A stretch of DNA of 64,000 nt. Origin: Escherichia coli. Its GTDB lineage: Bacteria; Pseudomonadota; Gammaproteobacteria; Enterobacterales; Enterobacteriaceae. The position numbers and the translations under genes were made by a program. The notes below the pieces were generated by a model. The model was not told where the DNA came from. It did no database searches and worked only from the letters and a program-made list of their open reading frames with translations. Positions within the stretch are counted from its first letter, which is position 1, and every line of letters starts with the position of its first letter. This document shows positions 34,381 through 43,766 of this stretch, piece by piece. The DNA lies in assembly GCF_041886205.1 (NCBI RefSeq), contig NZ_CP169030.1. One strand, given 5' to 3'.

Positions 34381-34511
34381 GAGATATGCTAAACATATGC
34401 CTGGCATCTACATATGCTACCGCTATACATATGCCACACATCTGCCTATACTAAACATATGCACACACCCGGTGCTTTGAATATTCCGGATATGTTTCAC
34501 ATATCCATATG
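34381..34511 (+). promoter_or_regulatory. array of five or more direct ACATATGC-type repeats upstream of vapB (putative operator)
   Basis: ACATATGC at 34392, 34409, 34426, 34454 plus variants AGATATGC (34381) and CCATATGC (34504); read directly. Confidence 0.4.
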
Positions 34512-34528
34512 CTCGGGAGAGAAAAAAC

Positions 34529-34759
34529 ATGAGAACCGTATCGATATTTAAAAATGGCAACAACCGCGCCATCCGTCTGCCTCGTGATCTGGATTTTGAG
34601 GGGGTGAGCGAGCTCGAGATCGTCCGGGAAGGGGACAGCATCATCCTGCGCCCCGTCCGGCCAACCTGGGGATCATTCCTAGAGTACGAAAAAGCCGATC
34701 CAGATTTTATGGCGGAGCGCGAGGATGTTGTCAGCGACGAAGGGCGATTTAACCTGTGA
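34529..34759 (+). CDS. vapB: VapB-type antitoxin (AbrB/SpoVT fold)
   Basis: 76 aa; overlaps vapC start by 4 nt; resembles VagC/VapB of enterobacterial plasmids by recall. Confidence 0.8.
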   Translation: MRTVSIFKNGNNRAIRLPRDLDFEGVSELEIVREGDSIILRPVRPTWGSFLEYEKADPDFMAEREDVVSDEGRFNL

Positions 34760-35172
34760 ACAAGACTTATATGCTTGATACCTGTATCTGCTCGTTCATC
34801 ATGCGTGAACAGCCAGAAGCCGTCCTGAAGCGTCTGGAGCAGGCGGTGCTACGCGGCCACCGTATAGTGGTCTCGGCCATCACCTACTCTGAAATGCGCT
34901 TCGGGGCTACCGGCCCAAAGGCCTCACCACGTCACGTCCAACTGGTCGATGAATTCTGCGCCCGCCTCGATGCCATCCTGCCCTGGGATCGCGCCGCAGT
35001 AGACGCCACCACGAAGATTAAAGTGGCACTGCGGCTGGCCGGGACGCCGATCGGCCCGAACGACACGGCGATTGCCGGGCACGCCATCGCCGCCGGGGCG
35101 ATACTGGTAACGAATAATACAAGAGAATTTGAGCGAGTGCCTGACCTGGTGCTGGAAGACTGGGTGAAGTAA
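34756..35172 (+). CDS. vapC: VapC PIN-domain toxin
   Basis: 138 aa; N-terminal MLDTCI with acidic Asp typical of PIN domains. Confidence 0.8.
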   Translation: MNKTYMLDTCICSFIMREQPEAVLKRLEQAVLRGHRIVVSAITYSEMRFGATGPKASPRHVQLVDEFCARLDAILPWDRAAVDATTKIKVALRLAGTPIGPNDTAIAGHAIAAGAILVTNNTREFERVPDLVLEDWVK

Positions 35173-35210
35173 GACACTCTTTTCAAAGTCAGGAGATAAG
35201 GGCACCAAGA

Positions 35211-35235
35211 AACAGCCCGTATACGGGCTGTTTTA
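35211..35235. terminator. terminator hairpin after vapC (CAGCCCGTATACGGGCTG then TTTT)
   Basis: Read directly. Confidence 0.55.
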
Positions 35236-35333
35236 ACAGATATCTACAGTAAGCGGTCCTAAACTGTAGGGTATCTTCGAAGATCAGACTATCAGGGAGC
35301 TAAAGCCTATCTTCCGGCGGCAAAAACAGTGGC

Positions 35334-37472
35334 TCAAGCGATACGGGCAACCGAGCTCTGGTTTGCTGCCGGTGGCAGGGCGATGAGCTTGTCACATTCC
35401 ATAATCACGTACTCCGGGATGAGATCGAATCTGGACGGATCTAGTTGACAGATGAACTCATTTTCAATGTGGTACGTTTCGTTAACGAATTTTCGTATTA
35501 CCGGATGGTCCTGATCCAGTTCCAGTAAACGGAATACCTGCAGTTTTTCATAGCCGTTACGACAGCGACGGTACAGGTTTTTTATTTCATCTGGGCTGCT
35601 GACGAGAGCCTGAAGTCGCGGGTAATCAAAACTGTCCACATACTCCCGGATATCCCGCAAGGCCTGCTGAATTTTCTCAGGAGCCATTTTGGGATAGCCC
35701 GAGCCCGCAGCGGCAGGCTCGCGATAATCCAGCGGGACGACGCGTCGATGGAATAGATTGGATAGAAGCTGATAAGCATCACCACGTTCGTCAACGATTT
35801 CAAAGTAGCGACGAAGATAGATGAGCTTAATGATCTCCTCACAGTCTGCTGACGCGGTGATGGATTTGCAGATCTGCATGAATGTCATGATATCGCCGTC
35901 GTTAACAGGTAATTCTTCTATGACTCCAGCAGACAGGCGCAGGCAGGAGGCGGTCACCTGATTACTGAACAACCTTCTGACTGACTTCAGCGTGTCAATC
36001 ACAGGCTCCACGTCATGCGTCAGCATAAGTACAGTCCGGTTCTTCAGGCATTCACCACTTGCACGTCTGAACAGCATTTCAAGAATGGCAAACTTCTTGT
36101 TTTTATCAAAAGAAGATATGGGATCATCAAGGATAATCAGTCCCGGGTTTTTTGACAGGCATTCATACATGAATAACACAATCGCAAAGGCGTTCCGTTC
36201 TCCATAGCTGAGATGCTGGCTACCGCCGCTGACGTACCCGTCAAAATCTATGTGTCGTAGCCTGAGTTTTCTCTGCTCTCCCTCGCCGGCTATATCCACC
36301 CTGTATTTATAGCCTGCATAAGTGAGGAAATTATTGATGTTTGTTTTGTGCTGTGCGATCAGCCGGATCATGCTGTCCCGGTGCCGGTTAATTTTTCCCT
36401 GCAGCGGTCCGGCAAGGTTTATCAGGTCCATAAGGGCCGCGTTCAGTCTGTCGGTGATCCCCTGCATGAGTTCGGATTGCAGATCAGGGAAGAACTGCAG
36501 GTCAATCAACCTGGCAGTGAGCACCTCCCGAACGTTCTGCTGTTCCTGCAGGCTGAAAACATTCAGGCCTCTCAGCGCAGTGAGTTTCTCTGTCAGCGTA
36601 TCGGTCTGGCGTTTCAACGCCACTAGGTACTCGATATGTTCGGCTTCCGGACCGTTCTGAAGCATAGTAATGGCCAGAAGGCGTTCTCTGGCGCTCTCCG
36701 TCAGGTAATTACCGAGGTTTTCCACCAGTCTGATGATAGCGGTCAGGTTTTTAATGGTGGATTTATCGTATTCCTCTCTGACTTGGCGAATTTGTGCTTC
36801 CTTTCCCGTGATATCACCGGTACAGAACGGACAGCAGCCATCCGAAAGGGGCGAAAACTCGAGTCCCTTTGTCTGCCAGTCAATCCATTCCACGCGGCGT
36901 TCACTGCGGATGTAGGGTTGATAGTTCTCAAGACCAGCCGGAATGTGGTGTATTTTATTTCCGCCTGACAGACCTCTCATGCCGGTTGAAGAACGTGAAA
37001 TCCCGGAACTGGTTGATCTGAAAGCATTACTGAGTTCCTGTAGATGGTCTATCAGAGAGTTCAGCTCAGTGTGATCCGTGAAAACAGCCCGGATCTTTTG
37101 CGTCATTTCTTCTATTTCACGCTCTCTTTCCGCATGGGCTTGATTGCGGATAAGAATATTAAAGCTATCACTGATGAGCTCGTCCGGTTGGAACGTAAAC
37201 TGACTGACGTACTCCTCGTTGAAGCACATCACGTCCCCAATCCCGTCAGCACCGATGACAATGGGCCCGGTGCTATCGGGGTTTTCTCCGCGCAGCCGGA
37301 AGGGTATCAGTGCCTGTAGTCCCTGAATGTCGTCCCGCGCCGCACAGCTTATGGCCCGTGACAGCGTACTTTTTCCAGTACCATTTGGCGCAAACTTAAT
37401 GTTCAGTTTATCGGCAGTGAGGGTGATATGTGCTCGTACGATGTTATTGCAGTGGCGTATTTCAATGTCCAT
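35334..37472 (-). CDS. RloC/Rad50-like ABC ATPase with CxxC motif in the inter-lobe insert and an uncharacterised C-terminal domain
   Basis: 712 aa; Walker A APNGTGKST near N-terminus; CCPFCTG about residue 213; signature-like LSYGERN, Walker B LIILDDPISSFD and H-loop LTHD about residues 415-480; roughly 230 aa beyond the ATPase. Confidence 0.55.
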   Translation of the reverse strand: MDIEIRHCNNIVRAHITLTADKLNIKFAPNGTGKSTLSRAISCAARDDIQGLQALIPFRLRGENPDSTGPIVIGADGIGDVMCFNEEYVSQFTFQPDELISDSFNILIRNQAHAEREREIEEMTQKIRAVFTDHTELNSLIDHLQELSNAFRSTSSGISRSSTGMRGLSGGNKIHHIPAGLENYQPYIRSERRVEWIDWQTKGLEFSPLSDGCCPFCTGDITGKEAQIRQVREEYDKSTIKNLTAIIRLVENLGNYLTESARERLLAITMLQNGPEAEHIEYLVALKRQTDTLTEKLTALRGLNVFSLQEQQNVREVLTARLIDLQFFPDLQSELMQGITDRLNAALMDLINLAGPLQGKINRHRDSMIRLIAQHKTNINNFLTYAGYKYRVDIAGEGEQRKLRLRHIDFDGYVSGGSQHLSYGERNAFAIVLFMYECLSKNPGLIILDDPISSFDKNKKFAILEMLFRRASGECLKNRTVLMLTHDVEPVIDTLKSVRRLFSNQVTASCLRLSAGVIEELPVNDGDIMTFMQICKSITASADCEEIIKLIYLRRYFEIVDERGDAYQLLSNLFHRRVVPLDYREPAAAGSGYPKMAPEKIQQALRDIREYVDSFDYPRLQALVSSPDEIKNLYRRCRNGYEKLQVFRLLELDQDHPVIRKFVNETYHIENEFICQLDPSRFDLIPEYVIMECDKLIALPPAANQSSVARIA

Positions 37473-37825
37473 TTATCTGTCCTTTGCCAGTTATTCCGGG
37501 GGGATTCATATCCTTCCGCAAAATGTGCCCGCATGCTGTGATGCAGATACATAATACATTTCGTTTATACCATTGCTTACACCTCTCCGAGGTGTTCATA
37601 TCAGAAACAAAGATTAGGTCGATCCGACTTAGCCGGAAACCGGATCTGCGCGGCAGAAAAGACGCAAATGATATGATAATTAAGAAATATACATAAAATC
37701 ATATCAGATATGATTTTAATCATTAAAAATGAAACAATATCTGATATTATCAGAAATCAAAAGCACACAAATCATACATGATATGATTTTTACCTGTCAG
37801 AACATTATCAGATGGAGCGTGCAGG

Positions 37826-38083
37826 ATGGATCAGGAAATGACGTTTTCACTCAGCTATGAACAACTGACCCGGTTTGCGGAACGACGCATCCGGGAATGC
37901 AATCTGGACAGCCAGGGCGCGATTTATCTCTGCGAGTCAGCCAAAGCCGGAGCCGTGCTGATCTTCTGGCATGAACTGGCCATAAATGGCTATGCCTCAA
38001 TGAATGCCATAAAGAGACAGGAGCTCATTGACGCCGACTTTCAGCGCCTCAGAAAGCTCATCTGGCCGGAGGATGACAGGTAA
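37826..38083 (+). CDS. hypothetical protein (85 aa)
   Basis: ORF; stop overlaps next start. Confidence 0.35.
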   Translation: MDQEMTFSLSYEQLTRFAERRIRECNLDSQGAIYLCESAKAGAVLIFWHELAINGYASMNAIKRQELIDADFQRLRKLIWPEDDR

Positions 38084-38673
38084 TGACCCAGAGCCGCCGA
38101 CCGTCGCCACTGCAGCGGAGAGTGCTGATTGTGCTGGCTGCCCTTGATGAAAAACGGCCAGGACCCGTGCTGACGCGGGACATAGAACGGGTGCTGGAGC
38201 GAAGCGGGGAAGCCCCGGTCTACGGGCCAAACCTGCGCGCCTCCTGCCGTCGTCTGGAGGATGCCGGCTGGCTGCGTACCCTGCGCGCTCCGAACCTGCA
38301 GCTGGCAGTGGAGCTGACGGACGCCGGCCGGGCCGTGGCACAGCCTCTGCTGCTGGCAGAACAGGACCGCCTCCGGGCAGAACAGCGTGCGGCAGAAGTC
38401 GTCGTACTGCCGCTGGTCCCGGCAGCAGGTCTGCACGCAGACGGCACTTCTGCCACTGATCTGGCGGTGGAGCTGAACGGCATAACGTATCAGGCCTGCC
38501 GTGGGGATTTTGTGGTGCGTCTCGACGGCAGCACCTGTCTGCAGTTATGGAATAAAGAAGGCAGAGTGGTACGCCGGGAGGGCGATCCGCTGGAAGTGGC
38601 GCAGTGGCTGCAGGCCTGTCATGATGCCGGAATAGAAGTTCGTGTACAGGTTAATGAAAGCGTCACTCCGTAA
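38083..38673 (+). CDS. hypothetical protein with N-terminal winged-helix-like segment (196 aa)
   Basis: ORF in GC-rich plasmid backbone; domain guess only. Confidence 0.35.
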   Translation: MTQSRRPSPLQRRVLIVLAALDEKRPGPVLTRDIERVLERSGEAPVYGPNLRASCRRLEDAGWLRTLRAPNLQLAVELTDAGRAVAQPLLLAEQDRLRAEQRAAEVVVLPLVPAAGLHADGTSATDLAVELNGITYQACRGDFVVRLDGSTCLQLWNKEGRVVRREGDPLEVAQWLQACHDAGIEVRVQVNESVTP

Positions 38674-38690
38674 AAACATGCCAGCACGGT

Positions 38691-39038
38691 TTACACGTCA
38701 TCCCATGATGGCAGCCGGTTAACTTTCCTGCGCCACCAGTGGAAAGAGGCCATGAGCAGTCCGAACAAAAAACCACCCGTGATACTTATAATAATGGCCT
38801 CACCTGCCACCATTCCTGACGGCCTCCAGTAGATAAACCACATTGCACATCCCCAGGAAATGCCCCATAAGCCCCCCGTCAGCACCGTGACCTGCCAGAA
38901 CGGCATAAAGGGTAATGGCGGAAGCCGGATACCCAGCCGCCAGAGAATACGCAGAAGAGGAGGGGCATAATTGCTCCGCCACATCTTTTTGCTGTCCATC
39001 AGGGCAATGGCCCGGGCTTTTTTCTGCTCAAAGGTCAC
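38691..39038 (-). CDS. hypothetical membrane protein (115 aa)
   Basis: Two hydrophobic helices; Trp/Arg-rich. Confidence 0.35.
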   Translation of the reverse strand: MTFEQKKARAIALMDSKKMWRSNYAPPLLRILWRLGIRLPPLPFMPFWQVTVLTGGLWGISWGCAMWFIYWRPSGMVAGEAIIISITGGFLFGLLMASFHWWRRKVNRLPSWDDV

Positions 39039-39166
39039 AGGAGCACCTCCGTTCCATGATGTAAACGTGACACAGCTTATTGTTATTGATTATTATTATC
39101 ATGCTGTGATTATGTTGTCATGCATCAGTACACTGACAAAAGTGCAAAAGAAAGGAAAACAGGCAG

Positions 39167-39502
39167 ATGAACAGAAAATATTATTTTAATAATATGTGGT
39201 GGGGATGGGTGACGGGGGGATATATGCTGTATATGTCATGGGATTATGATTTTAAATACAGATTACTGTTCTGGTGTATTTCTCTCTGCGGAATGGTTTT
39301 GTATCCGGTTGCAAAATGGTATATTGAAGATACAGCTCTGAAATTTACCCGGCCTGATTTCTGGAACAGCGGTTTTTTTGCTGATACACCTGGAAAAATG
39401 GGATTGCTTGCTGTTTATACGGGTACTGTTTTCATATTATCTCTTCCGTTAAGTATGATATATATTCTTTCTGTTATTATAAAAAGGCTGTCTGTAAGAT
39501 AG
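39167..39502 (+). CDS. iia: colicin Ia immunity protein
   Basis: 111-aa membrane protein matching my recollection of colicin Ia immunity (MNRKYYFNNMWWGWVTGGYMLYMSWDY...); convergent with colicin remnant. Confidence 0.8.
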   Translation: MNRKYYFNNMWWGWVTGGYMLYMSWDYDFKYRLLFWCISLCGMVLYPVAKWYIEDTALKFTRPDFWNSGFFADTPGKMGLLAVYTGTVFILSLPLSMIYILSVIIKRLSVR

Positions 39503-39523
39503 ACAGCCTGTCTTATATTTTAT

Positions 39524-39638
39524 TTAAATACCCCAGAACTTATTCGCTTTTTCCACAAGCGATTCATCAATCAGCGCACCGGTGACAGCCATCAGTAAAC
39601 CATACCCGATAATGCCTAAAGCGCTTCCGGTAAGAATA
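39524..39638 (-). pseudogene. cia: 3' remnant of colicin Ia structural gene (last 38 codons)
   Basis: Minus-strand translation ...ILTGSALGIIGYGLLMAVTGALIDESLVEKANKFWGI-stop matches the channel-domain C-terminus; abuts IS903-like inverted repeat. Confidence 0.7.
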
Positions 39639-40695
39639 GGCTTTGTTGAATAAATCAGATTTCGGGTAAGTCTCCCCCGTAGCGGGTTGTGTTTTCAGGC
39701 AATACGCACGCTTTCAGGCATACCTGCTTTCGTCATTTTGTTCAGCGCTCGTACCAGGGCCATAGCCTCTGCAACCTGACCATCGTAGTCACGCAGCGTC
39801 AGTGAACCCCCGAACAGCTGTTTTACCCGGTACATCGCCGTTTCCGCTATCGAGCGACGGTTGTAATCTGTTGTCCATTTCCACCGCGCATTACTCCCGG
39901 TCATTCGCTGATTAGCCACTGCACGGTTACGGTCTGCATATTCACCGGGCCAGTAACCCGCACCTTTTCGGGGAGGGATAAGCGCGCTGATTTTCTTACG
40001 CCGCAGTTCATCGTGACATAGCCGGGTATCGTAAGCGCCATCGGCGGCGGCTGACCTGATTTTCCGGTGGGTTTGCCGGATTAACCCGGGGAAGGCCTCT
40101 GAGTCCGTAACGTTGTTCAGCGACAGGTCAGCGCAGATGATTTCATGTGTTTTACTGTCAACGGCGAGATGCAGCTTACGCCAGATACGGCGGCGTTCCT
40201 GGCCATGCTTTTTGACTTTCCACTCGCCTTCACCGAAGACCTTCAGCCCGGTGGAATCAATTACCAGGTGTGCGATTTCACCCCGGGTGGGCGTTTTGAA
40301 ACTGACATTAACCGACTTTGCCCGCCTGCTGACACAGCTGTAATCCGGGCAGCGTAGCGGAACGTTCATCAGAGAAAAAATGGAATCAATAAAGCCCTGC
40401 GCAGCGCGCAGGGTCAGCCTGAATACGCGTTTAATGACCAGCACAGTCGTGATGGCAAGGTCAGAATAGCGCTGAGGTCTGCCTCGTGAAGAAGGTGTTG
40501 CTGACTCATACCAGGCCTGAATAGCTTCATCATCCAGCCAGAAAGTTATGGAGCCACGGTTGATGAGGGCTTTATTGTAGGTGGGCCAGTTGGTGATTTT
40601 GAACTTTTGCTTTGCCACGGAACGGTCTGCGTTGTCGGGAAGATACGTGATCTGATCCTTCAACTCAGCAAAAGTTCGATTTATTCAACAAAGCC
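39639..40695 (-). mobile_element. IS903-like element (IS5 family, 1057 bp)
   Basis: 18-bp terminal inverted repeats GGCTTTGTTGAATAAATC at 39639-39656 and 40678-40695 (reverse complement); 9-bp flanks differ (GTAAGAATA vs CGTAATTCA). Confidence 0.85.
39695..40663 (-). CDS. IS903-group transposase
   Basis: 322-aa DDE transposase. Confidence 0.85.
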   Translation of the reverse strand: MKDQITYLPDNADRSVAKQKFKITNWPTYNKALINRGSITFWLDDEAIQAWYESATPSSRGRPQRYSDLAITTVLVIKRVFRLTLRAAQGFIDSIFSLMNVPLRCPDYSCVSRRAKSVNVSFKTPTRGEIAHLVIDSTGLKVFGEGEWKVKKHGQERRRIWRKLHLAVDSKTHEIICADLSLNNVTDSEAFPGLIRQTHRKIRSAAADGAYDTRLCHDELRRKKISALIPPRKGAGYWPGEYADRNRAVANQRMTGSNARWKWTTDYNRRSIAETAMYRVKQLFGGSLTLRDYDGQVAEAMALVRALNKMTKAGMPESVRIA

Positions 40696-40810
40696 CGTAA
40701 TTCATTTTATCTCCTACAAGATTATTTAATGGAATGAAAAATATCTGGCCTGATAATAATGTTCCAGAATTAATATCTGCAGGCTATGTTAAGTTGTCCC
40801 CACACACAAT

Positions 40811-41086
40811 CTACCTGTTTTCTCGTGTGTGCCACAGGCGCAATACATAAATAGTCTGGCCATTAAGTTCGTAACGGATTTCGTACTCGCCAGCAAAAAT
40901 CCGTCTGACCTCCCTGGGTTCAAACTGAAACAACTGTTCTCCCATACGTGGATGAGTTAACAGAATGACCGGTGCCTGTGTCAGGGATTGCACCGTTCTG
41001 GCGGCCGCAGGTTTACTGGCCAGCACCAGAAAATCATATAACCGCGCCAAATCAGAAAGCGCCTTACTGGTCCACTTCAGTTCCAT
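40811..41086 (-). CDS. ParE/RelE-family toxin
   Basis: 91 aa; C-terminal YVLRLWHTRE typical of ParE/RelE fold. Confidence 0.7.
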   Translation of the reverse strand: MELKWTSKALSDLARLYDFLVLASKPAAARTVQSLTQAPVILLTHPRMGEQLFQFEPREVRRIFAGEYEIRYELNGQTIYVLRLWHTRENR

Positions 41087-41370
41087 CAGCGTGGCACCGG
41101 TAACGGATTGTCAGTACTGAGGCTGTCCGCCCAGGCCTGTACAGCCTGATGGTCGATAACCTGTCCGGATGTCACATCGTCCAGGGCTTCCAGCGTCAGG
41201 CGATTACGCTCCTCCTCCTGGGCAAGCCATGCAGAAAGCGCCTGTTTGATAACCCAGCCCCGGGAGCGTTCCAGCCTGGCGGCCATCTGGTCGACTTTAT
41301 CAGCCATAGGTAATGGCACATGCGCGGTAATGACTTTTGTTGCTTGTGCACTATTGTTTTTCATTTGCAT
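41086..41370 (-). CDS. ribbon-helix-helix antitoxin (ParD/CopG-like)
   Basis: 94 aa; overlaps toxin start by 1 nt. Confidence 0.65.
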   Translation of the reverse strand: MQMKNNSAQATKVITAHVPLPMADKVDQMAARLERSRGWVIKQALSAWLAQEEERNRLTLEALDDVTSGQVIDHQAVQAWADSLSTDNPLPVPR

Positions 41371-41466
41371 ATCCGATTAGTTGTTAATCATATTTAATCA
41401 TAGTGATTACATTCAGACCGAACAAGGCAAATAATGCGCATCTGCGCATGTAAGGCAGCATACGGA

Positions 41467-41520
41467 GGTTACATGTAACACAGGTGTAAAACCGCCAAAG
41501 CCCGGCGTAAGCCGGTACGG
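41467..41520. repeat. 54-bp GC-rich element with internal palindrome CCGGC..GCCGG, copy 1
   Basis: GGTTACATGT...GTAAAACCGCC(A/G)AAGCCCGGCGTAAGCCGGTACGG; second copy at 63652-63705. Confidence 0.6.
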
Positions 41521-41565
41521 TCGTCCGAATATCACCAGTCCCACTCCGGCCCTGCGAGGCCATGT

Positions 41566-41603
41566 GGGGGGAACCGCAGAATTCGGAAAAAATCGTACGC
41601 TAA
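41566..41603 (+). repeat. 38-bp terminal inverted repeat (mcp end) GGGGGAACCGCAGAATTCGGAAAAAATCGTACGCTAAG
   Basis: Read directly. Confidence 0.85.
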
Positions 41604-41755
41604 GCTAACGGTGTTCTCGTGACAGCTCTTTGACTAGGCTTTCTAAGGCCATTCTGATAGCCCTGACTTCCTGAAAAGCCATGGCTAAAATTTGTGCGGC
41701 TAAAAGGGATAACCGATGGTAAAGTAAGTTATCCCTGTCGAGATACTGAAAAGCG

Positions 41756-43333
41756 TTATCCTCGTTTTTCCCAAAACTGTTTTGCCAGTTCGCTCAGAGC
41801 GCTAGTTAACTGAGCGACAGATTTCGCACTTTGCAAATTATTCTGCCCGGTCTGTACATTGGTATCAGCAGCATCGCGTATATTGATAATACTGCGGTTT
41901 ATGTCTTCACTTACTGCTCCCTGCTGCTCGACCGCAGTCGCTATTTGCGCGTTCATGTCGGTAATTTCGTTAACGCGTTGGCCAATTCCATCAAGAGCTG
42001 TAGCTGCTTCCTCTGCGTGAGCTACACTCGTGTGCGCTTGCCGACTACTTTGCTCCATGACTGTAACAGCGGATTGCGCTCGCTCTTGTAGAGCGCTGAT
42101 CATGCTTTGAATATCCGTTGTCGATTGCTGTGTGCGAGCAGCAAGACTGCGAACCTCATCGGCGACAACAGCAAAACCACGCCCCTGCTCACCAGCACGC
42201 GCGGCCTCAATTGCTGCGTTGAGTGCCAACAAATTCGTTTGCTCGGCGATCCCTCGTATAACGTCAAGAACTTTTGATATCTCGTTACTTTGACCTTCAA
42301 GCTCATGAATAACCTGAGTGGCTTGCCTAATTTCACCTTCAAGGGCAGTGATTGACTGGCTTGTGTGGGCTACCAGACGCTGGCCAGATGCCGTCTCAGT
42401 GTCTGCTCTTCCGGCCGCATCTGCAGCATGCTGTGCATTGCTCGCAACCTCTTGAATGCTTGCCACCATTTGGTTTACTGCCGTTGCTATTTGATCTGTC
42501 TCTGCCTGCTGCTCAACTGTAAGTACATTGCTTGACTCAATATCCTTTAGTAGGCCTCGGGTGTGTTCGCTAAGCCGATTTGATGCATCACCTATGCGAC
42601 CTACTATGGCGCCTGTTTCAGCTTGCATCATTCGTAAAGCAAACTCTATTTGGCCAAACTCATCGGTGCGCCCAGTGTAGAGGGATTGACTTAATGGGTT
42701 ATTGGAAATATTCTTGGCTCTTTCAACCAGTCTTCCAAGAGGAGAGAGAATAGCCAAAACACTAACAGAGCTTAAGCTTCCTGACATTAAAGTGGCTAAC
42801 AATAAGCTGCTTATTGATGTATCAGTAAGCATGCCGGCAGCCATTGCGCTTGATATAATACTACCCCATATGAGCAAGAGTATTTTCACGGAAAAGCTAG
42901 CAGCCAATTTCGGCCTCGCGGCCTTCCCGCTTCTCAATTGAGCATATAATTTTTCCGCAGCCAAAACCTGCTCAGGTTCAGGCTTGGTCCTTACAGACTG
43001 GTATTCAACAATCGAACCATTCTTAGCTATTGGCGTTACATAAGCACTTACCCAATAGTGGTCGCCATTTTTACAGCGATTTTTTACTAGCCCCATCCAT
43101 GAGCGGCCAGATTTTAATGTACTCCACATATGCTCAAATGCAGCAGGCGGCATATCTGGGTGTCTTACGATGTTGTGAGGCTGGCCTAATAGTTCTTCCT
43201 CAGTGAAACCACTGATTTTAATGAAGTCAGGATTAACGTACGTGATATGGCTTTGAGGGGAGGTAGTCGAAAGAATATTGGCATCTTTTGGGAGTTCTAA
43301 GTTTCGACCCGTCACTGGTAAATTCTGGCGCAT
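41756..43333 (-). CDS. methyl-accepting chemotaxis protein with PAS domain (Tn1721 orfI-like)
   Basis: 525 aa; PAS-like N-terminus, transmembrane segments, MCP signalling domain. Confidence 0.8.
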   Translation of the reverse strand: MRQNLPVTGRNLELPKDANILSTTSPQSHITYVNPDFIKISGFTEEELLGQPHNIVRHPDMPPAAFEHMWSTLKSGRSWMGLVKNRCKNGDHYWVSAYVTPIAKNGSIVEYQSVRTKPEPEQVLAAEKLYAQLRSGKAARPKLAASFSVKILLLIWGSIISSAMAAGMLTDTSISSLLLATLMSGSLSSVSVLAILSPLGRLVERAKNISNNPLSQSLYTGRTDEFGQIEFALRMMQAETGAIVGRIGDASNRLSEHTRGLLKDIESSNVLTVEQQAETDQIATAVNQMVASIQEVASNAQHAADAAGRADTETASGQRLVAHTSQSITALEGEIRQATQVIHELEGQSNEISKVLDVIRGIAEQTNLLALNAAIEAARAGEQGRGFAVVADEVRSLAARTQQSTTDIQSMISALQERAQSAVTVMEQSSRQAHTSVAHAEEAATALDGIGQRVNEITDMNAQIATAVEQQGAVSEDINRSIINIRDAADTNVQTGQNNLQSAKSVAQLTSALSELAKQFWEKRG

Positions 43334-43625
43334 AAGAACCTCAAGGGTTGGCTGTTTTATTTTATTGTTTTCGGCATTAAGCCCAATTTCTTGAGCGTTA
43401 CGATAAAGCTAGCATGGAAACGATAGGTGCAAGCAAGTTAAGGGTTGCATCGCGCATGTCAATCTAGGCTATACCCTAACTTGATGTCAGGCAGGGCCGC
43501 GCCGCTTCGTCAGAATAGAGTCTGCTTTCCCATTTTTTGACACATGCCCGCGAAGGTTATAGATTTCAGCCTGACAGAAATGGGCTTTGAGGCACAACGG
43601 AACAGAAAGTGCACTTAAGCCGCCT

Positions 43626-43650
43626 TGTCATTTTCAGAAGACGACTGCAC
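43626..43650 (+). repeat. Tn402 IRt (TGTCATTTTCAGAAGACGACTGCAC)
   Basis: Read directly. Confidence 0.85.
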
Positions 43651-43766
43651 CAGTTGATTGGGCGTAATGGCTGTTGTGCAGCCAGCTCCTGACAGTTCAA
43701 TATCAGAAGTGATCTGCACCAATCTCGACTATGCTCAATACTCGTGTGCACCAAAGCGAGGTGAGC

